This document shows positions 7,096 to 17,322 of a stretch of 64,000 nt of DNA, piece after piece. This stretch comes from an uncultured Chloroflexia bacterium. Lineage in GTDB: Bacteria > Chloroflexota > Limnocylindria > Limnocylindrales > CSP1-4. The translations under genes and the position numbers were made by a program. The stretch spans positions 192,001-256,000 of the forward strand of contig CAVVCZ010000002.1 of NCBI GenBank assembly GCA_963746845.1, in the 5' to 3' direction. The notes under the pieces are model-generated. The model made no database searches. It worked only from the letters and a program-made list of their open reading frames with translations, and was not told the DNA's origin. How positions within the stretch are numbered: the stretch's first letter is position 1; the number at the start of each line of letters is the position of its first letter.

Positions 7096-7554
7096 GTGCC
7101 CGACCGATTGCCCCTGCCCGGCCCGTCGTTCCTGCGCGAGCATGCCCTCGAAGCGAACGGCCGGATGCTGCGTGCCGGGCTGACCCGCCCCTCGACGACC
7201 GACGACGGCTGGTGGCTGGCCATCGCATGGATCGCCGACGACGACGGGATCGTCCCGTTCGTCGACCTCGCCCCGGTGGCCGGTCCTCGGCCGGAGCCGC
7301 CGCTCGCCATGCTCGGCCCCTCGCTCGCGGGCGGTCTGAGCGGGCTGATCCTCGAGGACGCCGGCCGGCTCTGCATCCGCCTCGCGACCGTCGTCCCGGC
7401 CGACGATCCGATCCGCCCGTGGCGCGTCCCAGCGGCGGTCCGAACGGCGTTCCGCTGGGAGCCGATGCGGGCTGCCGCGATGCGCCCGAACGAGCTCGCC
7501 GAGACCGTGCTCGCCGCGTTCCGACGCGCCGCGGAGGGCCTTGGGCGTCCGTAG
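7096..7554 (+). CDS. Hypothetical protein
   Basis: Fills the gap co-directionally; leaderless TACCCT + GTG; normal codon pattern. Confidence 0.65.
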   Translation: MPDRLPLPGPSFLREHALEANGRMLRAGLTRPSTTDDGWWLAIAWIADDDGIVPFVDLAPVAGPRPEPPLAMLGPSLAGGLSGLILEDAGRLCIRLATVVPADDPIRPWRVPAAVRTAFRWEPMRAAAMRPNELAETVLAAFRRAAEGLGRP

Positions 7555-7572
7555 GCTAGACTCGCGAACGAG

Positions 7573-10500
7573 GTGGGTGATCTCTTCGACGAGTTCATGA
7601 AGGAGATCCGGCGTCGCCAGGCCGAAGCGGCCGGACGCCGGGGCGCCGACGACGACCATTCCACGGAGGACAAGGAGCCGGACGAGGACGCCGACGACGG
7701 CCCTCGCGGCGAGAACGAGCCGCCCGATCACGCCACCGACGGTGAGTCCCGACCCCACCTGAGAACCGTCGGGTCGACCGAGGACGACGAGGCGGAGGAC
7801 GCGTCCGAGGACGACGAGCCGCCTCCGCCACCGGTTGGCGCGGGCGGTGGCGGGGGACGGGACGGTGGCAGTCGACGCGGTCGATCGGCCGGCGGTCCAC
7901 GCGACGGCGCCCCATCGATGCGCTCCCGCGTGACGACGATCGTCATCGCAATCCTCATCGCCTTCGTGGTCCTGATGCTCGTCGTCGGCATCGAGATCTG
8001 GACCGACGCGATCTGGTTCAAGAGCGTCGGCTTCGACCAGGTCTTCTGGACCCGCGTCGGCGTCCAGGTCGCGTTGTTCGTCGCCGGCCTGATCCTCACG
8101 CTCGTCTTCCTGCTGGGCAACGTGTGGCTCGCCGGCCGGCTCGTGCCGCCGCCGAGCCGCGAAGGCGGCGGCACGGTCCGCAGCTGGATCGACCGCTTCA
8201 ACGAGGCGGCCGCGAACGCCGACCGCTCACGCCAGCGCGGCCCGTGGGACCCGTGGGGCGGCCGCGGTGGCCCGACGCGCGGTCCGGTGCCGGTCGGTCC
8301 GGTCGAGCTGCCGGACCCGGTGCCGCTCGGTCGGCTCGTGATCGTGGTGGTCACCGTGCTCGTGGCGATCGGCGTGGCCGGCTCGGTCGCGGCCGCCTGG
8401 CCGACGATCCTGCTCTGGCAGCACGGCGTGCCGTACGACCCATCGGGCACCGTCGTCCCGGATCCGGTCTTCGGCCGGGACATCTCGTTCTTCCTGTTCG
8501 ACCTGCCGTTCCTGCGGTTCCTGCAGGCCGAGGCGATCGGCCTCCTGGTCGCGGCGCTGCTCGTCACCGGTGGGCGGTATCTCGTATCGGCGATGGCCGG
8601 CTCCGCGGTGTTCACGACCCGGGTCCGCGTCCATCTCGGGGTCCTTGCCGCCCTGTTCCTGATGACGATCGCCCTCGGCTACCAGCTCGACAAGCTCGAC
8701 CTCGTCCACAGCACGCGCGGGGTGGCGACGGGCGTCAGCTACACAGACCAGCATGCGCAGTTCCTCGCGTTCGACGTGCTCACCGCCCTGTCCGCGATCG
8801 CAGCCGCCCTGCTGCTCGGGGGCGCCTTCGCCCGCGTCCTGTGGCCGGTCGGGATCACGATCGCGGTCTGGTTCATCGCGTCGATCGCGATCGGCCGGAT
8901 CTATCCGGAGGTCGTCCAGCGGTTCTCGGTCATCCCGAACCAGCAGACGCTGGAGGCGCCGTACATCACGAACAACATCGCGATGACGCGGCTCGCCTAC
9001 GACCTGAACACCTGGGTCCAACAGTCGTATCGGGGGGACCAGCCCTTGACGGCCGCCGCCGTCGCGGAGGACTCGGACACGTTCAACAACGCGCGACTGT
9101 GGGACTACCGGCCGCTCGGTGACACGCTGAACCAGCTCCAGACGATCCGCCAGTACTACGACTTCTACGACGTCGACACGGATCGCTACCAGATCAACGA
9201 CCAGCTGAAGCAGGTCATGCTGTCGGGCCGTGAGATCGCCCTCGACAAGAACCCCAGCGCGACCGGCTGGGTCAACGAGCGGCTCGTGTACACCCACGGG
9301 TACGGCGTCGCGATGGTGCCGGTGAACGCGGTCACCTCGCAGGGCCAGCCGGCGCTCAACATCGCGAACCTCCCGCCGGCGTCGACCGGTGGTGCGCCGC
9401 CGATCACCCAGCCCCGGATCTACTTCGGCGAGCGGCCGTCGTCCTACGTGATCGTCGGCGCGGTCCAGGACGAGTTCGACTTCCCACGCGGCAGCAGCGA
9501 CAGCGACGTCGTGACGAACCGCTGGACCGGCACGACGGGGATCAAGCTCGACACGACCCTCACCCGGCTCCTCTTCGCGCTGCGGTTCCGCGACTTCGAC
9601 ATGCTGATCAGCAACCAGATCACGGACCAGAGCCAGCTGCTGATGAACCGCTCGATCGGCGAGCGGTTGAACGCCATCGCGCCGTTCCTCCGCTACGACA
9701 AGGATCCGTACCTGGTCATCGACAACGCCGGCCAGCTCAAGTACATCCAGGACGCCTTCACGACGAGCGACCAGTTCCCGAATGCCCAGGGGTTCGCCCC
9801 GTCCGACCTCGGGGCGAACACCGGCCTCGCGGGCGACTCGTTCAACTACATCCGGAACAGCGTGAAGGTCGTCATGGACGCCTACGACGGCACGACGACC
9901 TTCTATGTCGCCGATCCGGACGATCCGCTGATCCGGGCCTGGTCCGGGGTCTTCCCGTCGATGTTCCATCCGATGTCGGAGATGCCGGCGGACCTCGTCC
10001 CGCACCTGCGCGTCCCCGAGGAGCTGTTCGACGTCCAGACGCGGATGTTCGGCCGCTACCACGTCGTCGACCCGACGACGTTCTACACGAACAACGACCT
10101 GTGGACGGTCCCGATGGGCCAGACGAACCAGCAGAGCCTGCCGACCGAGGCCTACTACGTCGTCATGCGCATGCCCGGCACCGATGCGGCGGACTTCCTG
10201 ATCCTCCAGCCGATGATCCCGGCCAGCCGGCCGAACATGATCGCCTGGGTGGCCGCCCGGAACGGGCCGGTCGACTACGGCAAGACGACCGTCTTCCAGT
10301 TCCCGAGCCAGACGTCCGTCTTCGGGCCGGCCCAGGTCGAGGCGCAGATCGACATCGATCCGGAGATCAGCGCGCAGATCACGCTCTGGAACCAGTCGGG
10401 GAGCACGGTCGTGCGCGGGAACCTGATCGTCCTGCCCGTCGGGGACTCCCTGATCTACCTTCAGCCGGTCTATCTCGCGTCGAACAGCTCCAAGTTCCCG

Positions 10501-10920
10501 GCATTCGAGCGGATCGTCGTCGCGTCGTCGACCCACGTGGTCTGGGCGGCCACGCTCGGCGATGCGCTGAACAAGTTCCTCGCGGAGGAGGCCGGGACGC
10601 CCGGACCGTCACCGTCGCCCACCCCGACGCCCGGTCCCGGCGGCTCGCCCGCCCCGACCCCCAGCGGGACGCCCGGTCCGGTCGGCACGCCGCCCCCTGG
10701 CGTCGCGGCCCTCGTCGCCTACGCGAACGAGCATTTCGAGCTGGCCCAGACGGCCCTCCGGAACGGCGACTTCGCGCGCTACGGCGCGGAGATGGAGCTC
10801 GTCCGCCAGGCCCTCGTCAACCTGGAGGAGCTGACCGGAGGCGCGGTGCCGTCCGGTGCCCCCGTGGTGCCGTCCTCCTCGCCCGCAGCCCCGACGGCGT
10901 CGCCCAGCCCCGCTCCGTGA
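7573..10920 (+). CDS. UPF0182 family membrane protein
   Basis: WTDAIWFKSVGF, DPVFGRDISFFLFDLPF, DVDTDRY, YTHGYG, NYIRNSVK and RGNLIVLP. Confidence 0.95.
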   Translation: MGDLFDEFMKEIRRRQAEAAGRRGADDDHSTEDKEPDEDADDGPRGENEPPDHATDGESRPHLRTVGSTEDDEAEDASEDDEPPPPPVGAGGGGGRDGGSRRGRSAGGPRDGAPSMRSRVTTIVIAILIAFVVLMLVVGIEIWTDAIWFKSVGFDQVFWTRVGVQVALFVAGLILTLVFLLGNVWLAGRLVPPPSREGGGTVRSWIDRFNEAAANADRSRQRGPWDPWGGRGGPTRGPVPVGPVELPDPVPLGRLVIVVVTVLVAIGVAGSVAAAWPTILLWQHGVPYDPSGTVVPDPVFGRDISFFLFDLPFLRFLQAEAIGLLVAALLVTGGRYLVSAMAGSAVFTTRVRVHLGVLAALFLMTIALGYQLDKLDLVHSTRGVATGVSYTDQHAQFLAFDVLTALSAIAAALLLGGAFARVLWPVGITIAVWFIASIAIGRIYPEVVQRFSVIPNQQTLEAPYITNNIAMTRLAYDLNTWVQQSYRGDQPLTAAAVAEDSDTFNNARLWDYRPLGDTLNQLQTIRQYYDFYDVDTDRYQINDQLKQVMLSGREIALDKNPSATGWVNERLVYTHGYGVAMVPVNAVTSQGQPALNIANLPPASTGGAPPITQPRIYFGERPSSYVIVGAVQDEFDFPRGSSDSDVVTNRWTGTTGIKLDTTLTRLLFALRFRDFDMLISNQITDQSQLLMNRSIGERLNAIAPFLRYDKDPYLVIDNAGQLKYIQDAFTTSDQFPNAQGFAPSDLGANTGLAGDSFNYIRNSVKVVMDAYDGTTTFYVADPDDPLIRAWSGVFPSMFHPMSEMPADLVPHLRVPEELFDVQTRMFGRYHVVDPTTFYTNNDLWTVPMGQTNQQSLPTEAYYVVMRMPGTDAADFLILQPMIPASRPNMIAWVAARNGPVDYGKTTVFQFPSQTSVFGPAQVEAQIDIDPEISAQITLWNQSGSTVVRGNLIVLPVGDSLIYLQPVYLASNSSKFPAFERIVVASSTHVVWAATLGDALNKFLAEEAGTPGPSPSPTPTPGPGGSPAPTPSGTPGPVGTPPPGVAALVAYANEHFELAQTALRNGDFARYGAEMELVRQALVNLEELTGGAVPSGAPVVPSSSPAAPTASPSPAP

Positions 10921-11939
10921 CCACGCGCGGCGCGACGCTCGCCGCCTTCCTCGCGGTCCTCGGTCGACCGGCGTGGTGGCTCCTCGGGCTGGCGGGGTTC
11001 CTGGCCCGCGGCGGGATCCTCCTGTTCCTCCTCGCGATCGTGACCCTGCCGTCGCCGCTCGCCGTCTCCAACCTCGTGTCGCCGCTCCTCGTGCCGATCG
11101 TCTTCGGCGGAGTGACGCCGGCCATGGCCGTCTTCTTCGTGGTCGGGATCGCCGCCGTCGCGGCCCTGGTCCTCGTCGGGGCATGGATCGGGGCCGCCAC
11201 GGAGGTCGTGCTGATCGGAGACGCGCGCCGGGCCGCACCGGAGGAGGGCGTCCCGGCCGTTGCGGAACGGGATCCGGGCGGCTGGCAGATCAGCCGTGTC
11301 GCGATTGCCCATCTCGTGGCCCACGTGCCGCTCGCGATCGCGGTCGCCCTCGGCTCGATCCGGATCATCAACGTCGCCTACGTGGAGCTCACGACGCCGA
11401 CCGACATCTCGACGCCCCTGCCGCTCCGCGTGGTCGCCGGGGCCGTGACGCCGATCCTCGCGATCGTCGTGACCTGGATCATCGGCGAGATCGCCGGGGG
11501 CTGGGCGGCTCGCGCGATCGTCCTTGAGGGCCGCTCGATCCGTCACGCGGTCGTCGCTGCGTACGGCGACCTCGTCTCGCGGCCAGGCTCGTCGCTGCTC
11601 GCCTCGCTCCTGACGACCGCCGTGCTCGCGATCGACCTCGCCGCGATGCTGGCGGCCGTGGACCTGGCCTGGACCGCCGCGCGATCGCACCTCGTCGAGG
11701 TCCCCGCCGATCCGGTCGCGATCGGCCTCGCCCTGGCGTCATTCGCCGCGATCTGGGCCGTGGCGCTGCTCGTCGCCGGCCTCATCGACGCGTGGCGGAG
11801 CGTCGCGATGACCTTCGAGGGCGTGCGCATCCTCGCCGTGACGGAGGCATCGGGGTCCCACGCGGACGGGACATTCGGGGCATCCGCGAACGGCCGTCCG
11901 GGGGACTGGTCGGCCGGCAACGAGGGTGGCAGCCTGTAG
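10917..11939 (+). CDS. Multi-pass membrane protein
   Basis: GTGA overlap with the UPF0182 stop; about 6 hydrophobic helices. Confidence 0.75.
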   Translation: MTTRGATLAAFLAVLGRPAWWLLGLAGFLARGGILLFLLAIVTLPSPLAVSNLVSPLLVPIVFGGVTPAMAVFFVVGIAAVAALVLVGAWIGAATEVVLIGDARRAAPEEGVPAVAERDPGGWQISRVAIAHLVAHVPLAIAVALGSIRIINVAYVELTTPTDISTPLPLRVVAGAVTPILAIVVTWIIGEIAGGWAARAIVLEGRSIRHAVVAAYGDLVSRPGSSLLASLLTTAVLAIDLAAMLAAVDLAWTAARSHLVEVPADPVAIGLALASFAAIWAVALLVAGLIDAWRSVAMTFEGVRILAVTEASGSHADGTFGASANGRPGDWSAGNEGGSL

Positions 11940-11986
11940 GCTCGGCCGCGGATCGATCCGGCCGGAACTGCATCCGAGGTTCGCCC

Positions 11987-13300
11987 ATGGCGACGAAGAC
12001 GGTCGTCTGTCCCGAGTGCGGGGCAGGGGCCGCTCCCGGCCGGTATGCCTGTGCCGAGTGTGGCGCGCTGCTCGCGGCCGTCGGCACGTACCCGCGACGC
12101 TGGGAGTCGAGCGAGTCCGTCGAGGTCGTGCCCGAGCCCGCGGTGGACGCCAACGGGGCCGGTTCACATGCCGGCTCCGAACCCGAGGCGGAGGCCGAGC
12201 CCGAGCCCACGCTCGAGCCGGAGCCAGAGCCGGCCCCGGCTCCGGCCCGCGAGCCCGCTGGGGAGCCGGCCCCGATCGCCGCGGCCGTGGTCGTTCCGGC
12301 GCCGGACGCCGTTCCGGCACCGGCGGCCGCTCCGGCAGCGGAGGCCGCGCCCGCCCCGGAGCCAAAGCCACGATCCCGGGCACCCTGGAAGAAGGCGCCG
12401 ACGTCCCAGCCCGAACCCGAGCCCACGGCGGAGGTGTCATGGCCCGAGCGTCCCATGGCCCCGATCCCGACGCGCCCCGTGACCCCGGCGGCCCCGATGG
12501 CCCCGGCTCCGGCGCGCCCCGTGCCGGCGGTGCTCGGGTTGAACGAGCCCGATCCGGCCGCGCCTGGGTCGGCGGCCCTCGACGACGAGTTCGAGGACGA
12601 CCTCGACGACGACGCGAACGAGGACGACTTCGAGGACGACCTCGACGACGACGCGCCGGTCGCGGCGGCCCGGGTCGCCGTGTCCGCGTCCGTCTGGCCG
12701 CCCGAAGGCGCACCCCGTCCCGGACCGATCCCCACGGCGCGGACGCCTGCCGGGGCGTATCTGTCGCCGTCCGCGGTCCTCCCGCCCCTCGACGCGCCGG
12801 CAGCGCCCAGGCCGCCGGCGGCCGTCGCCGCGGCGGTCGCGCCCGAGACGGGCGGCACGAGCGAGCCCCGGGCCTCGCTCGCGGAGACCCTCGGGGCCAT
12901 CGGGATGACGGAGGACGTGCCGCGTCGCCTGATCGGCGCCGGCGCCGCGGTAGCCGGGCTCGGCTTCCTGCTGCCGTGGGCGGCCGTGCTGGCCGGCAAC
13001 GGGCTGGGCGGCAGCTACTGGAGCCGCTGGGGCCTCGCCGGACCCGGCCACTGGATCATCGTCGCGGCCCTGATCGCGTGCGTGGTGGTCGCCCTGACCG
13101 GTGATCGCCTGGAACGGGTCCCGATCGGGCCGATCGCGGTCGTCCTCGCGGCTGTCCTGATCGGGCTGCTCTGGCCGTACGTCTTCGGCGTGTTCGAGCG
13201 GTTCGTGGGTGTCTGGCTCGTCCTGGCAGGCACGATCCTCCTCGGGATCGGCGGAATCCTGGACGTCCGCCGTCACGATCCGGAGGAGCCACCCGTCTAG
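11987..13300 (+). CDS. N-terminal zinc ribbon, Pro/Glu-rich disordered linker, C-terminal 4-TM domain
   Basis: MATKTVVCPECG...CAECG; GAGG RBS; C-terminal GFLLPWA...TM block. Confidence 0.75.
   Translation: MATKTVVCPECGAGAAPGRYACAECGALLAAVGTYPRRWESSESVEVVPEPAVDANGAGSHAGSEPEAEAEPEPTLEPEPEPAPAPAREPAGEPAPIAAAVVVPAPDAVPAPAAAPAAEAAPAPEPKPRSRAPWKKAPTSQPEPEPTAEVSWPERPMAPIPTRPVTPAAPMAPAPARPVPAVLGLNEPDPAAPGSAALDDEFEDDLDDDANEDDFEDDLDDDAPVAAARVAVSASVWPPEGAPRPGPIPTARTPAGAYLSPSAVLPPLDAPAAPRPPAAVAAAVAPETGGTSEPRASLAETLGAIGMTEDVPRRLIGAGAAVAGLGFLLPWAAVLAGNGLGGSYWSRWGLAGPGHWIIVAALIACVVVALTGDRLERVPIGPIAVVLAAVLIGLLWPYVFGVFERFVGVWLVLAGTILLGIGGILDVRRHDPEEPPV
12590..12655 (+). repeat. Intragenic duplication: 27-bp identical units at 39-bp period, encoding FEDDLDDDA x2
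   Basis: TTCGAGGACGACCTCGACGACGACGCG at 12590-12616 and 12629-12655. Confidence 0.85.
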
Positions 13301-13428
13301 GGCCGGTCGACAGGGGGCCGTTCACCCCCCTGCTACACTGCGCCGGATGTCGGCCCGCCACCCGTGGCGGTCCAGACCGCCGGGACGGCAGCGCTCGACC
13401 GGCCGAACGGAGGCAGGCACCAAGCCGC

Positions 13429-14124
13429 ATGGACCAAATCCTCTCCGGGATCGGTGATGCCCTCGCCGGGTTCTTCGGCAGCCCCGTCGTCCAGTTCGCG
13501 CTTCAGGCGATCGCGATCTACCTGATCATCCTGTGGCTTGCCGGCGCCTACTGGGCCTTCCGCGACATGCAGCAGCGGAACGAAAACCCGATCCTGCCGT
13601 ACGTCGCGGCGAGCTTCATCATCCTGTTCACCCCGATCTTCTTCCCGCTCGCGATCTTCGTGTACAAGATCATCCGGCCGCACGAGAAGATCGGCGAGAC
13701 CTACGAGCGGAGCCTGGCCGAGGAGGCGCTCCTCGCCGAGGTCGAGGCGATCAAGAGCTGTCCGACCTGCGCCCGGCGCGTGAACGAGGAATGGATCATC
13801 TGCCCGACGTGCCGGACGCGCCTCAACCGTGTCTGCCCGAACTGCAGCCGGCTCGTTGGTCTCGACTGGTCCCTGTGCGCGTGGTGCGGCAAGGACTTCG
13901 AGCGGCCGGCGACGGCCCTCGCGGCATCGTCCGGCGGACGGCCGGCCCCGATCATGCCGCTGCCCGCGGCCGACGATCCCGCTCGTCTCGCCCGGACCGG
14001 CGAGACGACCTATGACGAGCCGGAACGGCGAACCGGCACGGATCGCAACGCGGCGCGGAGCCGCTCGTCGTCGACCCGTGCGACCGCCCCGATCCAGACC
14101 CCCGACGTCCTGCCCGAGGGGTGA
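13429..14124 (+). CDS. Membrane-anchored double zinc-ribbon protein
   Basis: Two TM helices, RPHE motif, then CPTC..CPTC..CPNC..CAWC; GGAGG RBS. Confidence 0.85.
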   Translation: MDQILSGIGDALAGFFGSPVVQFALQAIAIYLIILWLAGAYWAFRDMQQRNENPILPYVAASFIILFTPIFFPLAIFVYKIIRPHEKIGETYERSLAEEALLAEVEAIKSCPTCARRVNEEWIICPTCRTRLNRVCPNCSRLVGLDWSLCAWCGKDFERPATALAASSGGRPAPIMPLPAADDPARLARTGETTYDEPERRTGTDRNAARSRSSSTRATAPIQTPDVLPEG

Positions 14125-15170
14125 GCGGCGCCGATGACGGCGCGCCGATGACCAACGATCCGGACACCGGCGGGCCGCTCGCGCCCGTCCCCGCGCAGAC
14201 CCCGCCCGATCCGCCCGCCCGCCCGGGCGTCGGCTTCTTCACGATCGAGGGGCGCGCGGCGCCCGGGCTGTTCGTCGTCGGCTGGCTGGCGACGATCCTC
14301 GGGCTCGCGATCACGCTCGTCGGTGCCTTCGCACCGTCCGGTCTCCTCGTCTACTTCGTCGGGCCTGCGATCCTCTCGATCGGGCTGATCGCCGGCTGCG
14401 GCAACCAGTCGCTCGAACGCCGTGCTCGGGGCGAGGCGTACGCGGGCCCGTCGCCCTACCTGGTCTTCGCCGCGATGATCGCGGCCACATATGCGATCGG
14501 GTTCCCGGTCGGCGTCCTGTTGCAGGCCATCCTCGACCCGCTCGACGTCGCGGACTATGTCCGCCGGCTGATCGGCGTCAGCCTCCAGGCACTCATCTTC
14601 ATCGGCATGGTCCGGCTCACGGTCGTCGGAACCGGCGCGCTGTCGTGGTCGGACATGGGCTGGCGCAGGCCGGACCTCGGCGCGGTCGGGGACCTCCTCA
14701 CGGGCGGCGTGCTGGCGCTCCCGGTGATCGGGCTCACGTCGATCGTCGCCGCGGTGCTCGTGTCCGTGTTCCAGGTCCAGCCGGAGGCGCCACTGCCGGC
14801 GACCGGCGTCGCGAGCGGGTTCGTCATCCAGCTGATCGCGGGCGCGGTCGTCGCTCCGATCGCGGAGGAGACCGTCTTCCGCGGCTTCGCGATCTCGGCC
14901 TGGCGACGCACGGTCGGCGACAACGGAGCGCTCGTTCGGGCGTCGCTCCTGTTCGCCCTGGCGCACGTCCTCACTGTCGGCGGAGACAGCCTCGGGCAGG
15001 TCGGTGGCCTGATCGTCGTCGGGTTCGCCACCCGGCTGCCCGTGGCGTTCGCGCTCGGCTGGATCTTCCTGCGGCGGGGCTCGATCTGGGCGCCGATCGG
15101 GCTCCACATGGCCTTCAACGGGACGCTCCTGTTGATCGGGGAGCTGGCCGCTCGCGGCGCGTTCGGCTGA
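14121..15170 (+). CDS. CPBP (Abi/CAAX type II) intramembrane metalloprotease
   Basis: EETVFRG, FALAH and HMAFN motifs. Confidence 0.88.
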   Translation: MSGADDGAPMTNDPDTGGPLAPVPAQTPPDPPARPGVGFFTIEGRAAPGLFVVGWLATILGLAITLVGAFAPSGLLVYFVGPAILSIGLIAGCGNQSLERRARGEAYAGPSPYLVFAAMIAATYAIGFPVGVLLQAILDPLDVADYVRRLIGVSLQALIFIGMVRLTVVGTGALSWSDMGWRRPDLGAVGDLLTGGVLALPVIGLTSIVAAVLVSVFQVQPEAPLPATGVASGFVIQLIAGAVVAPIAEETVFRGFAISAWRRTVGDNGALVRASLLFALAHVLTVGGDSLGQVGGLIVVGFATRLPVAFALGWIFLRRGSIWAPIGLHMAFNGTLLLIGELAARGAFG

Positions 15171-15218
15171 CGCAGCGCCCGTGCATTCGCGGGTGACCGC
15201 CGGATGAGGGTCGCTCGG

Positions 15219-15292
15219 TATCGTTCGCCGCGTTCCCGGGTCCGGATGGCGGGAGGAATCGGCGGGCTTCCGTCGTTCGGGTCCGGGGACGC
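15219..15292 (+). promoter_or_regulatory. -10 (TATCGT) followed by a 26-bp leader hairpin upstream of radC
   Basis: 15230-15255 pairs fully with 15267-15292, including 7 G-U pairs. Confidence 0.55.
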
Positions 15293-15319
15293 CCTTCCGC
15301 CGCCCAGACGAGGTGGCCC

Positions 15320-16069
15320 GTGGACGACCAGACGGCACAGGATCGCGGCCGCGGACCGGGTGCCGGCCGCGTCATCCGGGAGCTCCCCGCCGACGAGCGA
15401 CCGCGCGAGCGGCTGGCCCTGCGCGGTGCCGGCGGGCTGTCGTCGGCCGAGCTCATCGCCCTCCTGTGGGGCTCGGGCTCGCGCGGCCGGTCCGCAGTCG
15501 ACCTCGCGGCAGACGCATTGGGGCGCCACGACGGCCTGACCGGGCTCGCCCGGGCCAGCGATCGCGAGCTCGAGGCGGTGCCGGGCGTGGGCGGGGCAAA
15601 GGCCGCCCAGCTGCTGGCCGCGTTCGAGCTCGGTCGGCGGCTGATGGCCGACTGGCCGGCGGCACGCTGGACGATCCGTTCGCCGCGCGACATCGCCGAT
15701 CGGTTGATCCTCCAGATGGGCCGCCTCGAGCGCGAGGAGCTGCGGGTCGTACTGCTCAACACGAAGAACGTCGTGCTGCGGGTCGCGACCGTCTACCAGG
15801 GCAACGTCTCGTCGTCGCTCGTCCGGGTCGGCGAGCTGTTTCGCGACGCGGTCCGACTCAACGCGACGGGCCTGATCCTCGTCCACAACCACCCGTCGGG
15901 CGACCCGACGCCGTCGCCGGACGACCTCCATCTCACCGCGGAAGCGCTCGCCGCCGGCCGTCTGCTGGACATCGACGTGCTCGACCACCTCGTCGTCGGT
16001 CACGACGCCTGGGTCTCGCTCCGCGACCGGGGCGTTTCGTTCGATCGCCCGGCACGACGGGCCGGCTGA
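15320..16069 (+). CDS. radC: RadC (JAB domain) protein, full-length
   Basis: ERPRERL, HhH motif GVGGAKA, HNHPSGDPTPSPDD and LDHLVVG. Confidence 0.95.
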   Translation: MDDQTAQDRGRGPGAGRVIRELPADERPRERLALRGAGGLSSAELIALLWGSGSRGRSAVDLAADALGRHDGLTGLARASDRELEAVPGVGGAKAAQLLAAFELGRRLMADWPAARWTIRSPRDIADRLILQMGRLEREELRVVLLNTKNVVLRVATVYQGNVSSSLVRVGELFRDAVRLNATGLILVHNHPSGDPTPSPDDLHLTAEALAAGRLLDIDVLDHLVVGHDAWVSLRDRGVSFDRPARRAG

Positions 16070-16229
16070 CGCTCCGACCCACGATCGTTCCGGAAGGCGC
16101 GCTCAGGCGGCCCGGGTATACTGCACGCGCTTCCCCGCCTGACAGACTCGAACGCGCGATCCGGCCACTGCCCGCATCGGAGCCGCAGCGTTCGCCGGAT
16201 CCACCACCGCGAAGGACCTGCCCCCCGTC

Positions 16230-17282
16230 ATGCTCGACCGCTTCCTCGGCATCTTCTCCCGGGACATCGGGATCGATCTCGGGACTGCCAACACCCTCGT
16301 CCACGTGCGCAACCGCGGGATCGTGATGAGCGAGCCGTCGGTCGTGGCGATCGATGCGAAGACCAAGCAGGTCCTCGCGATCGGGGCCGAGGCGAAGCGG
16401 ATGGTCGGTCGGACGCCGGCGAGCATCATCGCGATCCGCCCGCTCCGGGACGGCGTCATCAGCGATTTCGACGTCACCGAGCAGATGATCAAGTACTTCG
16501 TGAAGCGGGTCCACGACCGGGTCGGGATGATCCCGCGGCCGCGGATGCTCCTCGGCATCCCGTCGGGCGTGACCGAGGTCGAGAAGCGCGCCGTTCGGGA
16601 TGCCGCCCTGAACGCGGGAGCCCGCTGGGCCCGCCTGATCGAGGAGCCGATGGCCGCCGCGATCGGCGCCGGTCTTCCGGTCAGCGAGCCGTCGGGCAGC
16701 CTGATCGTCGACATCGGCGGCGGGACGACCGAGGTCGCGGTCATCAGCCTCGGCGGCATCGTCGTGTCCCGGAGCATCCGGATCGGCGGCGACGAGATGG
16801 ACCAGGACATCGTCACGTTCGCCCGACGCGAGTACAACCTGTTCCTGGGCGAGCGGACCGCCGAGGACATCAAGATCGCGATCGGCTCGGCATATCCCGG
16901 CGACTGGGACGCCCAGCGCGTGTCGCTCCGCGGCCGGGACCTCCTGACCGGCCTGCCGCGGAGCGTCGAGGTCGGCGCGGACCAGATCCGTGAGGCGATC
17001 GAGCCGTCCGTCGCCCAGATCGTCGACACGATCAAGGACACGATCGAGGAGACGCCGCCGGAGCTCGTTGCCGACATCATGGACCAGGGGATCGTGATCG
17101 CCGGCGGCGGTGCGCTCCTCGCCGGCCTCGACCGGCGCGTCGCGGACGCGACGCAGATGCCGGTCCACGTCGCCGACGACCCGCTGACCTGCGTGGCGCG
17201 GGGCACGGGCGTCGTCCTCGAGGAGCTCGACAAGATGGACCGCGTTCTGGTCGCCGACACCTACGCGCGTCCGCCTCGCTGA
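16230..17282 (+). CDS. mreB: Rod shape-determining protein MreB
   Basis: GIDLGTANT, PLRDGVISDF, EEPMAAAIGAG and DIGGGTTEVAV. Confidence 0.97.
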   Translation: MLDRFLGIFSRDIGIDLGTANTLVHVRNRGIVMSEPSVVAIDAKTKQVLAIGAEAKRMVGRTPASIIAIRPLRDGVISDFDVTEQMIKYFVKRVHDRVGMIPRPRMLLGIPSGVTEVEKRAVRDAALNAGARWARLIEEPMAAAIGAGLPVSEPSGSLIVDIGGGTTEVAVISLGGIVVSRSIRIGGDEMDQDIVTFARREYNLFLGERTAEDIKIAIGSAYPGDWDAQRVSLRGRDLLTGLPRSVEVGADQIREAIEPSVAQIVDTIKDTIEETPPELVADIMDQGIVIAGGGALLAGLDRRVADATQMPVHVADDPLTCVARGTGVVLEELDKMDRVLVADTYARPPR

Positions 17283-17322
17283 CGACACGCACGCCGGGGC
17301 CGATGCCCCAGGGGATCGCCGC

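Noticed and set aside
15320-16069. radC as a mobile-element or anti-restriction gene
   Set aside because: Full-length form in the ordinary chromosomal radC-mreBC context
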